Positions 8,709 to 19,455 of a DNA stretch of 64,000 bases are shown in pieces (position 1 is the stretch's first letter; the number at the start of each line of letters is the position of its first letter). This stretch comes from a virus. The position numbers and the translations under genes are program-made. Where the stretch lies: the IMG/VR virus record IMGVR_UViG_3300010370_000027; one strand, written 5' to 3'. Below the pieces are notes generated by a model. It saw only the letters and a program-made list of their open reading frames with translations, did not search any database and was not told the origin of the DNA.

Positions 8709-11700
8709 TCACTGAACCTGCTGAAGGTTGTTTGCAACCACGAAGTCGAGCGAGACGAATTCAATGCTCTTCGTGGGCTGTACGAATATCTTACCACGAA
8801 TTGTATTGTTTTCTATGTCGTCCTGTGTAGTTGTCGAGGAGTCGATCACGACCTTGAATCTCTCGAGACCGCTGAGCTGCTGAATTCTCTGGAGGCGTGG
8901 TGTGACCGCCGCAGAGAAGCGAGCGAGAGTTGCCTCGCGGTTTGGTTCGAAGAGGATCGTCTGTGCGATGTCGCGGACCTGACGACGGATGTCGATGAGG
9001 AGGCGGCGGACGTTGACTCTGTCGAGAGCTGAGGCCGAAACCTGAAGTGTCTTCTGTCCCCAGACCACGATGCCACCGCGTGGGTTTGTTCCCGCCTGTG
9101 GACCGCCGACGAAGGAAACGATCGGGTTGATCGAGACGTCGTAGAGTTTGTCCATGTCTCCCTGTGAGAGCTTGACGCGTGGCTCGAGAGCGTCCTGTGG
9201 GAGAGCGCCGCGAGTGAATCCTGCGGGAGCGAACCACGGATGTCCTACGCTGTCGTTGAGAGCGAGAGCTCCGAGGACGAGAACAGAGGGTGGAGCGTAG
9301 ACGTTCTTGCCCGTTGGATCACGGTAGAGGACGTCTGGGAAGTATGCCGCTGCGAACGATGAGTCGACCGAGCGATTTACGAACGTATCTACGGTTCTCA
9401 CGACCGAAGGAAGCTGTGTCTCTGCCTTGACAGATTCGTTGTTCTCATCGACCTGCTCAACGTCCATGATGTAGAGAGCGTCGAATCTCTCTTCAACGGC
9501 GAGCGTTGCTGCATCTGTGACGATGGGCTCACGAACACCAGGAAGCGCGAGGAGCTGAATGTCTACGTTTGACGTGTTCTTCATGACGTCGAGCGCCTTG
9601 AGGTAGGTCCTTACGTTCGGTCCTTCCTCTGGCTTGCTGGCTCTCTGGTTTGAGACTACCATGTCAGCAGCAACTGCAGCGTTGCTGATCTCTGTCTCTT
9701 CTGCATCGAAGATGTTTGTTCCGTCAAATCCGCCTTGCATGATGAAGGAGAACTTGGCAAACTGCTTGTTAGAGCTGATGTCTTCGACCTTGAAGAATCT
9801 TACCTTGCTCTCGTCACCAGGTGACCTTGCGGCAATTTCTGCAGCATTGACTGACTCACCGTTACGAGAATAGACGGCGTAGACCCACTTGTTAGGATCG
9901 GCAAGACCGTTTGATCCAGTAACAACCTGAACGTTCTCTAGCGAGAAGAAGTTGTTGCAGAACCTGTCAGCATCTATTATTCCGAACGCAGCTGTATCAG
10001 GTTGTCCTGGATTGCTTCCTGTAACGAACTTTGCTTCTGTGACAGCGAACGACGGGAAGAACTTAGCGAAAGACTTGAGAGAGTTGTTCGCAACAACACT
10101 GTCATTCTTCTTCTGAAGAGCTGCTGGGTGCTCGAACTGAACTCCCCAGTAGAAGCGGGAGTTGACCTGCTCTGTTGCTGTCCACTCTGTCGAAGTCGTT
10201 ATCTTCTTTCTGAAGGGAAGTGGAGGTGTAACAGAAGACTTCGCAGCATTTGTGAAAGAAAGAACTGTGTTATCCACTGCGCTGAAAGGTGCGAGAGGTG
10301 CAGATCCTGATGTGACGAGGTGATCTATTCCTCTGAAGCCCATTGGTATTGCTGTGGGATCAACAAATCCGTTCTCGACGTCAGGGTGTACTTCAACTCT
10401 GACGTAGTTAGATCTGTTCGGGTAGTTACCTTCGACGACGAGCTTCTGCTCAGATTCTTCACGATCGAAGTCGAAGTAGGCATACACGTCGCCTATGACC
10501 TTACCGATGTAGCGGTCTGAAGAAGGATCGAGGTTAACTCCTGCATAAACTTCTCTTGGAAGCTCCTTCTTGTCCTGGTCTCTGTCGCTCCAGTAGCGAA
10601 GTGTAAGAGTGAAGGATCCATACTTGTTGAGAGGATCGCTTGAAACCGTGATGTTGTCGACTGATACCTTGAACTGTGTTGAGGCTCCTGCGCCGTCGTC
10701 AAGGGCGTGAAGTCTAAAGAGGTTCTGGACCTTTCCACCGAACTTCTGAGAAACAACCCACGGAGAAACAGCGTGTGAGAATCTGTCCTCGAAGGATTCG
10801 TAAGCAGGAACTGTTGCGTTGCCCACGTTTCTTGCAAGTGAAGATGTGACGATGAATGCAGCAGGCTCCTTGCTAGAATTTCCTGTTACATCTGCACCGT
10901 AAGATGTCTTAACGAGGCCCGTACCTGTGACAACAGCGAGTGTTGGATGAATGTCCCAGTTTGCATAGAGGTAGTGTCCTGCCTCCTGAATCTTTGTTGG
11001 ATCAGTGTTGAACACGTTAGCGAAGTAGCTGCTCTTCGAAGTAGGGTCGAAAGAAGCCGTGATCGTATTTGGGTAACGTGAGTCTGTTCCCTTGTGTCCG
11101 TTGAGGAAGAGGACGAACTCCTGGGAAGGACTCGATCCGTCGGAAAGAGAGACAAATCCAACTGAGGAGCCCTTTGCAGCAGAATCAGTTCCAGGTGTGG
11201 TTGACGTAGGTGCAACACCTCCACCGCCCACAGAGGAAGAAAGTCTGAGAATTACTCCCGACGGAGCCATGATAACGCCTCTGATGATCGGAAGCGACGA
11301 TGTGACACCAGGCGTTACCGATCCAGGTCCTTGAAGTCCTGCCTCGCTGAAGTATGTGGATCCAGCAGATTCAGACATGAAGCAACCGAGAAAGTAAAGA
11401 CGACCCTCAGGAGCGCTTACTCCTCCCACAGCGTATGGGTTTGCAGAAATGGAACCGTCAGAATCAGGAAGACTCTCACCGACCACGAATCCTGCAGAAG
11501 TGACCTTACCAGAGGTCGAGTTCCTCTTGCGGCCGTCGCCCACGCCGAGAACCCTTAGATACGTAACTGACTGAGCGTATCTAAGCCATTCCACGACAGC
11601 AAGGGGACCAAACTTCTTTCCGTCTGTCTGACCAAACTTGGAATACCAATCGGAAAGATTACCGACTGTGACTGGAACGAACGCAGGTCCTTTCAGAGAG

Positions 11701-11807
11701 GTTCCCACAATTCCTGCAGGTATACCGACAGGTTGTTGCGTAGTTGGTCCTGAGATATCGATCTCTCTTGCCGTTACGCCTGCGCTTCCGAATTTCAGTT
11801 GTGCCAT
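8709..11807 (-). CDS. gp18: Tail sheath protein (T4 gp18-like), copy 2
   Basis: GVTAREID...KGPAFVP; PWFAPAGFTRG; INPI; VVWGQKTL; SALDRVNVRRLL; FEPN. Confidence 0.92.
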   Translation of the reverse strand: MAQLKFGSAGVTAREIDISGPTTQQPVGIPAGIVGTSLKGPAFVPVTVGNLSDWYSKFGQTDGKKFGPLAVVEWLRYAQSVTYLRVLGVGDGRKRNSTSGKVTSAGFVVGESLPDSDGSISANPYAVGGVSAPEGRLYFLGCFMSESAGSTYFSEAGLQGPGSVTPGVTSSLPIIRGVIMAPSGVILRLSSSVGGGGVAPTSTTPGTDSAAKGSSVGFVSLSDGSSPSQEFVLFLNGHKGTDSRYPNTITASFDPTSKSSYFANVFNTDPTKIQEAGHYLYANWDIHPTLAVVTGTGLVKTSYGADVTGNSSKEPAAFIVTSSLARNVGNATVPAYESFEDRFSHAVSPWVVSQKFGGKVQNLFRLHALDDGAGASTQFKVSVDNITVSSDPLNKYGSFTLTLRYWSDRDQDKKELPREVYAGVNLDPSSDRYIGKVIGDVYAYFDFDREESEQKLVVEGNYPNRSNYVRVEVHPDVENGFVDPTAIPMGFRGIDHLVTSGSAPLAPFSAVDNTVLSFTNAAKSSVTPPLPFRKKITTSTEWTATEQVNSRFYWGVQFEHPAALQKKNDSVVANNSLKSFAKFFPSFAVTEAKFVTGSNPGQPDTAAFGIIDADRFCNNFFSLENVQVVTGSNGLADPNKWVYAVYSRNGESVNAAEIAARSPGDESKVRFFKVEDISSNKQFAKFSFIMQGGFDGTNIFDAEETEISNAAVAADMVVSNQRASKPEEGPNVRTYLKALDVMKNTSNVDIQLLALPGVREPIVTDAATLAVEERFDALYIMDVEQVDENNESVKAETQLPSVVRTVDTFVNRSVDSSFAAAYFPDVLYRDPTGKNVYAPPSVLVLGALALNDSVGHPWFAPAGFTRGALPQDALEPRVKLSQGDMDKLYDVSINPIVSFVGGPQAGTNPRGGIVVWGQKTLQVSASALDRVNVRRLLIDIRRQVRDIAQTILFEPNREATLARFSAAVTPRLQRIQQLSGLERFKVVIDSSTTTQDDIENNTIRGKIFVQPTKSIEFVSLDFVVANNLQQVQ

Positions 11808-11853
11808 TTATCTGCTCCCAATTTCTTTCTAACTATGTGCCTGAAGGCGAATT

Positions 11854-14800
11854 TCAGACGAATTGAACACCGCTATTTGTAACGATGAAGTCGATCGCGA
11901 TGTATTCCACCACGCGAGTTGGAACGACGACAATTCTACCATTGAGGCGATTGAGGTCGTAATCCTCTTGCGTGTTGTTCGATTCGTTCATTATGACCTG
12001 GAATGCTTCGACGCCGGCCTGTGATTGTATGAGTCCCAATTGGAACGAAGCGTCTGCAACGAACTTGTTGCGAACTGCAGGTGTGTTCTGTTCGAACACA
12101 AGGCGTTGAGCTATTCCCATGATGATTCTCTTGATCTCGAGCATCAATCTACGAACGTTGACTCTGTCGAGGGCTGACTTGTTGATCTTGAGCGTCTTCT
12201 GGCCGTAGATCACGTAGCCGAGTCTCGGGAACGAGGCGATCGGGTTGATGCGTGATTCATAGAGTCTGTCCTTGTCAGCTCCACCGAGTCTCACTGCGAC
12301 GTTGCTAACAAAGTCGAGAGCAGCTCGGTTGAATCCTGCGGGAGCAAACCATGGGTAAGTGACTCTGTCGTTGAATGCCAAAGCTCCGAGAGCTGCAACA
12401 GAGGCAGGAACCTTGACCTTTCTGCGGTTCGTTGCGTCGTCGATGAAGATGTCGGGGTAGTAGACGGCCGTGTAGTCGTTGTCTATTGCCCTCGAGTCGA
12501 AGTTAGCCGCGGTCTGGTTTATGTTCGGCTTGTTTGTCGAATCATCGAATATTCTGTTTCCGTTGTCGTCATACGAAGGAACGTCCATGACGTACATCGA
12601 AAGACCGTAATCTCTAACCTTTTGCATTGTCTTGTCAGAGATGTAAGTCTCACGAATACCAGGTATTGCGAGTATGTTGTTGTTCGACATGAGTGGGTTC
12701 GTCATGATGTCGACGGCGGCAAGATATGATGCGACGCCATTGTTATTGACATCTTGACCAGATGGATTCGACGAGAAGCCTGAGATGCTGTTGTTTGCAG
12801 ATGCACCACCGGAAGACTCAAAGGAGACAGACTTATCATTGAGACGACGTGCATCTCTGTTGAGGAAGTTTGTTCCGTCGAAGCCGCCATGCATGAAGTT
12901 TGTGAACTTAGCATAGGCTGAGAATCTGTTGAACTGGGCTGCGGTTCCCGTAGAGAGAAGAGTTGCGAACGTCATTCTCTTTCTACCACCTTCAGACCAC
13001 GTGTAATCAGTCGTGCTCAGTCTTGCGTTTCTAACGTAAGCAGCTTCTCTCATGTGGTTGTTAACAGAGCTTGTGAGCTCTGAGAGCTGTTGGTTGTAGA
13101 AGGCTACCTTCGAAAGAGAGAACTTGTTGTTGTGAAGATTGTCAGAATACGATCCTGTCGTGAGAGCATCAAGCTTTTCGATGCCGCAGAACTTGGTGAT
13201 CGATTCAAGAAGTCCGTCCTTCTCAGAGACGATGTTTGAGTTGAGGACGTTTATCGAATCAGCACTCGAAGCCGTCGAAGATCTCTCGAACTTAACGCCC
13301 CAGTAATAAGCCACGTTGGCTTGCTCAGATGGCCCAGGTGCTCCATCAAATCCTGCGCCTGACGTCTCGCCCCTTGTCACCTTGTATCTGTGTGGCACTG
13401 GTGGGAGGAAGGAGCTGCTCATCGATGTATATGATCCTAAGACTCCGCCGAGACGAGAATCAGTCGACTTGAGAGCATCAGAAACCTTGAGAGAAGGATT
13501 CACCTTGAGGAGGCTTGGTCCTCTAAATCCGAAAGGAAGCGCATTCGAAGGAATTGTTCCTCTCTCTATCTCAGGGCTCATGACTATTCTAACGTACTTC
13601 GAATTGTTCGCATACTTTCCTGTTGCAGCGAGTCGCTTCTCTGTGGGATTAGAAGCATCGAAATTGTAGTAGACCTTTCTGTCTCCTATGAGCTTGGCAA
13701 CGTAATTCTCAGAATTCGGATCGAGGGAACAGTTAGTGAATTGTTCAAGAATATTCAAGGACGTATCGGTGTCGTCCCAAGCGCGAATCTGTACGTTGAA
13801 CGTGCCGTAGGAATAAGCATCGTTGGTCGAAGCCTTTATGTTGCTTATGGAGACCTTGTAGAGATTATTTGCATATTCTCCGTCGTCAAGAGCTTCGACC
13901 TTAAAGAGGTCGTACTCTGTGTTTCCAAAAGGTTGCGATATGAAGAAGCTTGTTGACGGTGCCTTAAATCTTGTGTCGTAAGATCCAAAGACTTCCCTGA
14001 ATGTGAGACTTGTCTTTCCGTCGGAGCTGACATTGCTCGATCCAGAGAGGACTGCGACAGGGCTTGCAGATGCTACGGAGGCTACGTTGGGGTCAACGGC
14101 AAAGTCAGCATGGAGGTAGTGCTGCTCCTGATAGAACTTGTCAGGATCTGTATTGAGAATCTTCCCGAAGTAATCCTTGTCAGAAGGATCAAAAGAAGCA
14201 GTTAGAACCTTGACGCCAGAAGATCCATCGACGGTTGAGAATGCCGAACCGAGAGAAGAAGATATGACGATCTTGAACTTAGAAGAAGCGTCTACTTGAG
14301 TTGCATCAAGCGTGGCAGGTCCCAGACCGACAGCAGCAGCAGAACTGGTGAGAACCATTATTCTGGCTGTGTTTGGTGTCATAATGAGGCCTCTCACAAG
14401 ATTGACACGCGAGCCGTTGACTGTGTCATTGTCATTGAAGACCGGCATTCCGAATGCGCCGTTTGACGTTGGAACGTGCTCGGCTACCAAGAACTGAACC
14501 GTTCCAAGGGAACGCTTGTCGTCTGATAGAGCATCGACGCCACCAGGAAGGGTAAAGCCTGCGTTCTTTACTGTTCCGTAAGAAAGTGTCTCAGAGAGAT
14601 CTGCGTCGGTTGAATTCGCTCCTGCACCGAGGACTCTAGTGTATGTTAAGGCTGCGCGATGCTTCAAGAACTCGTTGACGGCATAGGGTCCATAATGCTT
14701 TGGATCAAGGTTGCCAAAAGTCTGTGAGAACTCATTGAAGTTGGACACGGTAACAGGAACGAAAGCGGGTCCTTTGTTCGAGGTACCGATCACGGCAGCG

Positions 14801-14889
14801 GGGACGCCCACGGGTCCGGTGATGGTTGGAGCTGAAAGGTCAATTTCACGCTCATAAAAGTTGGGCGACTTAAATGTCTGCTCGGCCAT
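11854..14889 (-). CDS. gp18: Tail sheath protein (T4 gp18-like), copy 1
   Basis: FKSPNFYEREIDLS...KGPAFVP; PWFAPAGFNR; INPI; GQKTL; SALDRVNVRRL; FEQN. Confidence 0.92.
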   Translation of the reverse strand: MAEQTFKSPNFYEREIDLSAPTITGPVGVPAAVIGTSNKGPAFVPVTVSNFNEFSQTFGNLDPKHYGPYAVNEFLKHRAALTYTRVLGAGANSTDADLSETLSYGTVKNAGFTLPGGVDALSDDKRSLGTVQFLVAEHVPTSNGAFGMPVFNDNDTVNGSRVNLVRGLIMTPNTARIMVLTSSAAAVGLGPATLDATQVDASSKFKIVISSSLGSAFSTVDGSSGVKVLTASFDPSDKDYFGKILNTDPDKFYQEQHYLHADFAVDPNVASVASASPVAVLSGSSNVSSDGKTSLTFREVFGSYDTRFKAPSTSFFISQPFGNTEYDLFKVEALDDGEYANNLYKVSISNIKASTNDAYSYGTFNVQIRAWDDTDTSLNILEQFTNCSLDPNSENYVAKLIGDRKVYYNFDASNPTEKRLAATGKYANNSKYVRIVMSPEIERGTIPSNALPFGFRGPSLLKVNPSLKVSDALKSTDSRLGGVLGSYTSMSSSFLPPVPHRYKVTRGETSGAGFDGAPGPSEQANVAYYWGVKFERSSTASSADSINVLNSNIVSEKDGLLESITKFCGIEKLDALTTGSYSDNLHNNKFSLSKVAFYNQQLSELTSSVNNHMREAAYVRNARLSTTDYTWSEGGRKRMTFATLLSTGTAAQFNRFSAYAKFTNFMHGGFDGTNFLNRDARRLNDKSVSFESSGGASANNSISGFSSNPSGQDVNNNGVASYLAAVDIMTNPLMSNNNILAIPGIRETYISDKTMQKVRDYGLSMYVMDVPSYDDNGNRIFDDSTNKPNINQTAANFDSRAIDNDYTAVYYPDIFIDDATNRRKVKVPASVAALGALAFNDRVTYPWFAPAGFNRAALDFVSNVAVRLGGADKDRLYESRINPIASFPRLGYVIYGQKTLKINKSALDRVNVRRLMLEIKRIIMGIAQRLVFEQNTPAVRNKFVADASFQLGLIQSQAGVEAFQVIMNESNNTQEDYDLNRLNGRIVVVPTRVVEYIAIDFIVTNSGVQFV

Positions 14890-14952
14890 TATCTAATCTC
14901 CTTCAATCAGTGATTCTGTGACATAACTATCACTGATAAATGCAAGAAGACT

Positions 14953-16179
14953 CTACTTAATCACAACAATTTCTAGATCTTCAAGCGATGCGCCTGTATA
15001 AACAGTTTCTCCCTTGGAAGTTGTGTTTCTTACTTTGATATATCCCCTAGGAATTCCAAGAGAAGCAGGGTCGCTCTCAAGAACTGCAGGATCGTCTGAG
15101 GAGCCTATTGCATAAACTTTTTGTTGTCTCCAGCCAACGTCTCTTTGATCATCCCTGTTGTTTTGCTGTTCATCAAGAGGAAGAGTTGGATCATCAGAGC
15201 CAAGCACGTACTTCGAGTCACCTGATTCCTCAGAGATTGAGGGATAAGCGTTGGTATCAAAACTTACGAAAGGAGAAGAAACATAGCGCTTGATGGGAAT
15301 AGGAAGGCCTGGCGCAGAAGATACGAAAAAGTAGGCAGGAACCGTAACGCTAAATGTGTGCTTGATGTATCGCTCCTGTTGCGACATGTCATCAAAATTT
15401 GTCTCTGTATCGAAAGAGCCTTCATCCACTTTTGCAATGAACCAATAACCCTTTGCGGTGTCAAGACGCCAAGACTGTCCCTGGGGTAAGAAGGAGCTGA
15501 ATATTTTCTCAAGAACCTGGTTGGCGTGCTGCGTGTACTGTGTCCAAATCGTTACCTGATATTTCGCTGTATAGAACTGCGGCATCGGAACAACAAGCGT
15601 CTCGTATACGTTGTTCCTTAGATTTGGAGCAAGATAAGCACCGTCCTTGACGAATTTTTTTCCCGAGAGAGAGCCTGTGCTCCTATCAGAAGAAAGACCT
15701 GCAGGGGATGAATTGCTAGCGCTGGTCTGATTCGGTAGAAAAATCTTGTTAATTAAGTTCTGATAGTTTCTATCTGACTTATCCAGTCTTCTTTTAACAA
15801 CTATCTCTCCTAGCTGCTGATTTATTCCCCTACCGACTACGTCTTCGCCGACGCTTTGATTAAGCTCTGTCCTCATAATAGTGATGAGTGGCAAAATAAG
15901 CGTATTGTTTTTGTCTCTCAAGAGATTGCCCTTCTTCAAGAGAGCCCATTTCTCTCCTGCAGCAAAGATGACAGGAACCTTCTTGAGCGGTGAGGAATCT
16001 ATTCCCCCGCACTGAGCAGATATCTCTTTGTCAAATAAGTTGAACATAGACATATCAACGTCTTCTATTCCGCAAGAGGGAATAGAAAATTCAGGAGCTC
16101 CTGCCACATTCTCGTAGCCGGTGGGCAGAGGTGACTGCCCAAAGTTTCTCTTGGCATTTGATTTTAATCTAGTCGACAT
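14953..16179 (-). CDS. Tail completion / sheath stabiliser (T4 gp15-like)
   Basis: KVPVIFA.GEKW...LILPLITI.R...P.FY...Y.V.IWT; lies between the neck and sheath genes. Confidence 0.6.
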   Translation of the reverse strand: MSTRLKSNAKRNFGQSPLPTGYENVAGAPEFSIPSCGIEDVDMSMFNLFDKEISAQCGGIDSSPLKKVPVIFAAGEKWALLKKGNLLRDKNNTLILPLITIMRTELNQSVGEDVVGRGINQQLGEIVVKRRLDKSDRNYQNLINKIFLPNQTSASNSSPAGLSSDRSTGSLSGKKFVKDGAYLAPNLRNNVYETLVVPMPQFYTAKYQVTIWTQYTQHANQVLEKIFSSFLPQGQSWRLDTAKGYWFIAKVDEGSFDTETNFDDMSQQERYIKHTFSVTVPAYFFVSSAPGLPIPIKRYVSSPFVSFDTNAYPSISEESGDSKYVLGSDDPTLPLDEQQNNRDDQRDVGWRQQKVYAIGSSDDPAVLESDPASLGIPRGYIKVRNTTSKGETVYTGASLEDLEIVVIK

Positions 16180-16186
16180 TTATCCC

Positions 16187-16855
16187 TCACTCATCATAAA
16201 AGGAGGATCCGACGTTCTCTGGATCACCTTTGACAGAGACTTCCTTAGGACCCGCGAGAGGTTTGTCAAGGACACCATTGTCGACGAGATCTCTCTTGTC
16301 GCCGGTAGCAACTCCGTCCTGATCAAGACTCTCTCCGCGCTGCTGATGAAATTCTTTTTGAACTGAATCTGAATCTGTGTAACGAATGTCAGTTGGGCCG
16401 AGCGTGGGAGCAACAAACAGACCTTCGCGAGCTTTGACGCCAACGAGTTTGACTCCATCTTTGTGTTCAGGCATTCCGTAGATGTTTCGCATGAAGACAC
16501 GCTCTGTGATCTCATAGAAGACATCAGAGAACGAGAAGAAGTCGCCGATCGCCACGTTGATGCCCTTGTCTACGAGATCTCTGTGCTGGACATATACTTC
16601 GACCTTGTACTGAGCATCGATTCCGAACTTATCGATCTTGGTATCGTTTTGGAAGTTATTGTCTACGAGGGCGTCAAGAGCTATTGGATTGTCATACACT
16701 TTCTTCAGCGCTTCATTGTAGACTCCGTGTGTCTTAGTCTTCAGCTCAGAAATAGGATAGTAATAGACTTTCTGTCCCACGACATCTTTTATTAGCTCTT
16801 TAGTGATGTCAGAGATGAAGTTAAGTTCTCTCGGGGTGATGAATAGACGTGCCAT
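16187..16855 (-). CDS. Neck / head closure protein (T4 gp14-like)
   Basis: ELIKDVVGQKVYYY...VYNEA...FGID...GDFF...FYEI; synteny with gp13 and gp15. Confidence 0.65.
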   Translation of the reverse strand: MARLFITPRELNFISDITKELIKDVVGQKVYYYPISELKTKTHGVYNEALKKVYDNPIALDALVDNNFQNDTKIDKFGIDAQYKVEVYVQHRDLVDKGINVAIGDFFSFSDVFYEITERVFMRNIYGMPEHKDGVKLVGVKAREGLFVAPTLGPTDIRYTDSDSVQKEFHQQRGESLDQDGVATGDKRDLVDNGVLDKPLAGPKEVSVKGDPENVGSSFYDE

Positions 16856-16861
16856 GATGCC

Positions 16862-17098
16862 TCATTTCTTCTCGAACAGAAAGATAAGTCCCATCCACAA
16901 AGGCCACCCAGCAGAAAAAATAAAAGAAGTAGGAATTGCAAGGACCTTGTTGGTTGCACACTGATATAGCAGACCAATGAAAGAGTTGCTTTTTCCCCAC
17001 TGTTCTGCGGAAGCAGCGGCAAAAACGTAGAGGAAGTAACCGACTGCAGTGTAAACTAAACCTGCAAGTATCAGTAGGACGGTCAGAAATATTGACAT
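16862..17098 (-). CDS. Small membrane protein (about 2 hydrophobic segments)
   Basis: 78 aa with hydrophobic N- and C-terminal stretches ending in EKK; fills the gap between the neck genes exactly. Confidence 0.55.
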   Translation of the reverse strand: MSIFLTVLLILAGLVYTAVGYFLYVFAAASAEQWGKSNSFIGLLYQCATNKVLAIPTSFIFSAGWPLWMGLIFLFEKK

Positions 17099-17101
17099 GT
17101 T

Positions 17102-18274
17102 TTATCCAATCGTAATTGCGCTTCCCTTAGGCATAGGAACGTACTTAAGTTGCTTGTTCAGTGACTCAGCTGCTGCTGCATCTGCCTCGAGGAGTTTTTG
17201 ATGTGTCAACTGTGCAAGAAATTCTTTCATCTGCGTCTGAAGCTTCTCTTTGTCTTCTCGGCCTTGCGTCACCAGCGCCTCTCCGTTTAGCTGAAGGTCA
17301 GCATTTGGAATGGGTATGTTTTGAAACTTGGAACGAATAAGACCGAGAAGTTCTTTGGCAAGAGCAAGCGTGTACTGACGTATCCACTGACGCCCTGGTT
17401 GATTGATGGTTGAAAATGGAAGATTATCTAGCGGGACGTTAGAAGCACCGGAGATCCCGTAGATTGTCTGGTCCCCGAAAGCTGTCGGGCTTAACGGATT
17501 TTGAGGCGGAAGTACTTTACAAAATAGCTTTCCCACCTGAAGATCTGTAACTGGAATCGGGTATATCCTGAGCTTGCTTCCCATGATCTCATAAGAGTAG
17601 TGAGACCTGCGGACCCTGAAAGCGGATTCCAGCATTCCTCTCCTGAGGACGTCTTCGAAGATGGGAAGCACATAGAAGATCGTAGAGTTCACATACGACT
17701 CGTAGTTAAAGTTTGTTGCGAGAAAGTTCGTTATGTTGCTTGCATTGAGCAAGAAGTGTTGTGCAGCGAGCGGCTCACAGTGAAAGAGCTCTACGATTCT
17801 AAGCTTGCCTTTCTGCGCTAGACTGTCATACACATTGCTTCCGCTGACAACATCCTTGAGGTCAGCATAAATGTCATAATCTTGCTTACCTGCAACTAGG
17901 TCGAAATATCCGAATATTGCGTTCTCAGAACCACCTACGAAAGCATTGGTGGCATAAGGCTCGGCCATTCTCAGGAGATACTCGAGGGAGCGCTGTGTAT
18001 ACCTGTTTGTGATGTTGACAGAACCCGTTGCAGCTCCGAGGACGTTTGTCAACTCAGAGATGATCTTCGTCTCGTGGAGAAGCCTTGAATACTCGCAGAC
18101 GGACTCTTCAAAACATGCCCAAATTTCTTTCTTGGTCAACTCCACGGAGAGAACGTCGTCGCCGAGCTTTCTCTTGACGTAAGTGACCATGGCATCAGCC
18201 TCTGATTGAAAATCAGAATCCGAATCGAAGAAACCGAACGGCGTCGGAGAAATCGTGGTTGAAAAATTAGCCAT
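17102..18274 (-). CDS. Neck / head-tail adaptor (T4 gp13-like)
   Basis: YVKRKLG...VEL; WIRQYTLALAKELLG.IRSKF..IPIP....LNG. Confidence 0.75.
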   Translation of the reverse strand: MANFSTTISPTPFGFFDSDSDFQSEADAMVTYVKRKLGDDVLSVELTKKEIWACFEESVCEYSRLLHETKIISELTNVLGAATGSVNITNRYTQRSLEYLLRMAEPYATNAFVGGSENAIFGYFDLVAGKQDYDIYADLKDVVSGSNVYDSLAQKGKLRIVELFHCEPLAAQHFLLNASNITNFLATNFNYESYVNSTIFYVLPIFEDVLRRGMLESAFRVRRSHYSYEIMGSKLRIYPIPVTDLQVGKLFCKVLPPQNPLSPTAFGDQTIYGISGASNVPLDNLPFSTINQPGRQWIRQYTLALAKELLGLIRSKFQNIPIPNADLQLNGEALVTQGREDKEKLQTQMKEFLAQLTHQKLLEADAAAAESLNKQLKYVPMPKGSAITIG

Positions 18275-18421
18275 GCATCACACCTATCTTAAACAGATAA
18301 GTATGCGATTAAGCGAGTTTTAGTTTCATCCGCCGTGAGATTTTATGGCTCTTTCCTGGTGTTCGGCTGCTGAATTGTCTCTGCTATCAATTCTCTTTCA
18401 GGAGTAATTCTTCTGAGATCT

Positions 18422-19030
18422 TCACTTAGAAAACTTCTCTTTGAGAGACGAAGAAGAAGATTCTTGCGATATCTTTTTGAGAAATGCGTCCCTAAGAGAG
18501 CCTGGTGTGGCAGAAGCTTGTACAGGCTGCTGAGGAGCAGGTTGACGAGGTGCCTCAGACTGTATTGAGGTTTCAATTTTTTGCTCTGTCTTCTGATCAG
18601 GCCTCTGTTCAAATTTAATCGTAGAGACAGCAGGAGCTGCAGGTCGCGATGCAATTATAGAAGAGGCAGTGACAGTAATTTCTGGTCTGGTTGGTCTTCT
18701 TGCAACCTGTATGGCTTCTGCAACAACAGAAAGCGTCTTTTTGAAATTGATCTGAAATTGAAGGGGAGCAAAGTACCTGTTGTCGACCAAGACTTCTACT
18801 CTTGCCTTGTACAATCCTTCTGAAAGCTTCTTGTCCATTCTCGGGAGTGTGAACTGTACTACTTCGTCTTCGCCAGTTCCGTATCCGTTGAACATGTAGG
18901 CAAAGTCTTCGTTCTCACAGACGAGCCGCACCTTTGCGGGAGACATTGCAGTTCCTTCCATCTTGATCTTAAAAGTAAGATCATTCGATTCTTCTAGGTC
19001 TAAATCTACAGTTTCTGTCAGCGGTTCCAT
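18422..19030 (-). CDS. Hypothetical protein
   Basis: 202-aa ORF in the structural operon. Confidence 0.55.
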   Translation of the reverse strand: MEPLTETVDLDLEESNDLTFKIKMEGTAMSPAKVRLVCENEDFAYMFNGYGTGEDEVVQFTLPRMDKKLSEGLYKARVEVLVDNRYFAPLQFQINFKKTLSVVAEAIQVARRPTRPEITVTASSIIASRPAAPAVSTIKFEQRPDQKTEQKIETSIQSEAPRQPAPQQPVQASATPGSLRDAFLKKISQESSSSSLKEKFSK

Positions 19031-19046
19031 CGCAGATACATATCTC

Positions 19047-19454
19047 TCACTTTATTCTGTTGACTGAGATCTTTATGTCGTCGTAAATAGATCTCACCTT
19101 AACTGAAACTTTTCTCACAGCTCTTACCGCTATTTGTGATGCATCGGTTAGCTTTACCCTTACGGATCCTTGAAGCGGTCGGGCTAGAGCTTCATCATTT
19201 ACTCTTATGAGTTTTGCCCAAACGACTACCTCTTGAATCTCTTTTAATGCTCTTTTAGCGCCTGACTGACCCAGTTCAATGAATCTAAGGACAGCTTCAC
19301 TAATGAAAGCCATGAGACTGAATCCTTGTGCAACTATGTTTTGGTTTCTTCCAAAACCACGGGTGACCATCGTCATGCCGCGGCCGCGGCCTGGCGATAA
19401 TCCGCCCCCAGGACTCTGTACTCTACCAGGAGTTCCGACTGGTATTCTTGCCAA
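19047..19454 (-). CDS. Hypothetical basic protein
   Basis: 135-aa ORF (TTG start) abutting its neighbours. Confidence 0.5.
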   Translation of the reverse strand: MARIPVGTPGRVQSPGGGLSPGRGRGMTMVTRGFGRNQNIVAQGFSLMAFISEAVLRFIELGQSGAKRALKEIQEVVVWAKLIRVNDEALARPLQGSVRVKLTDASQIAVRAVRKVSVKVRSIYDDIKISVNRIK

Positions 19455-19455
19455 G

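Noticed and set aside
6001-16179. Extracellular contractile injection system or tailocin, suggested by the two sheath genes
   Set aside because: Capsid, portal, protease, terminase and neck genes are present, so this is a true phage.
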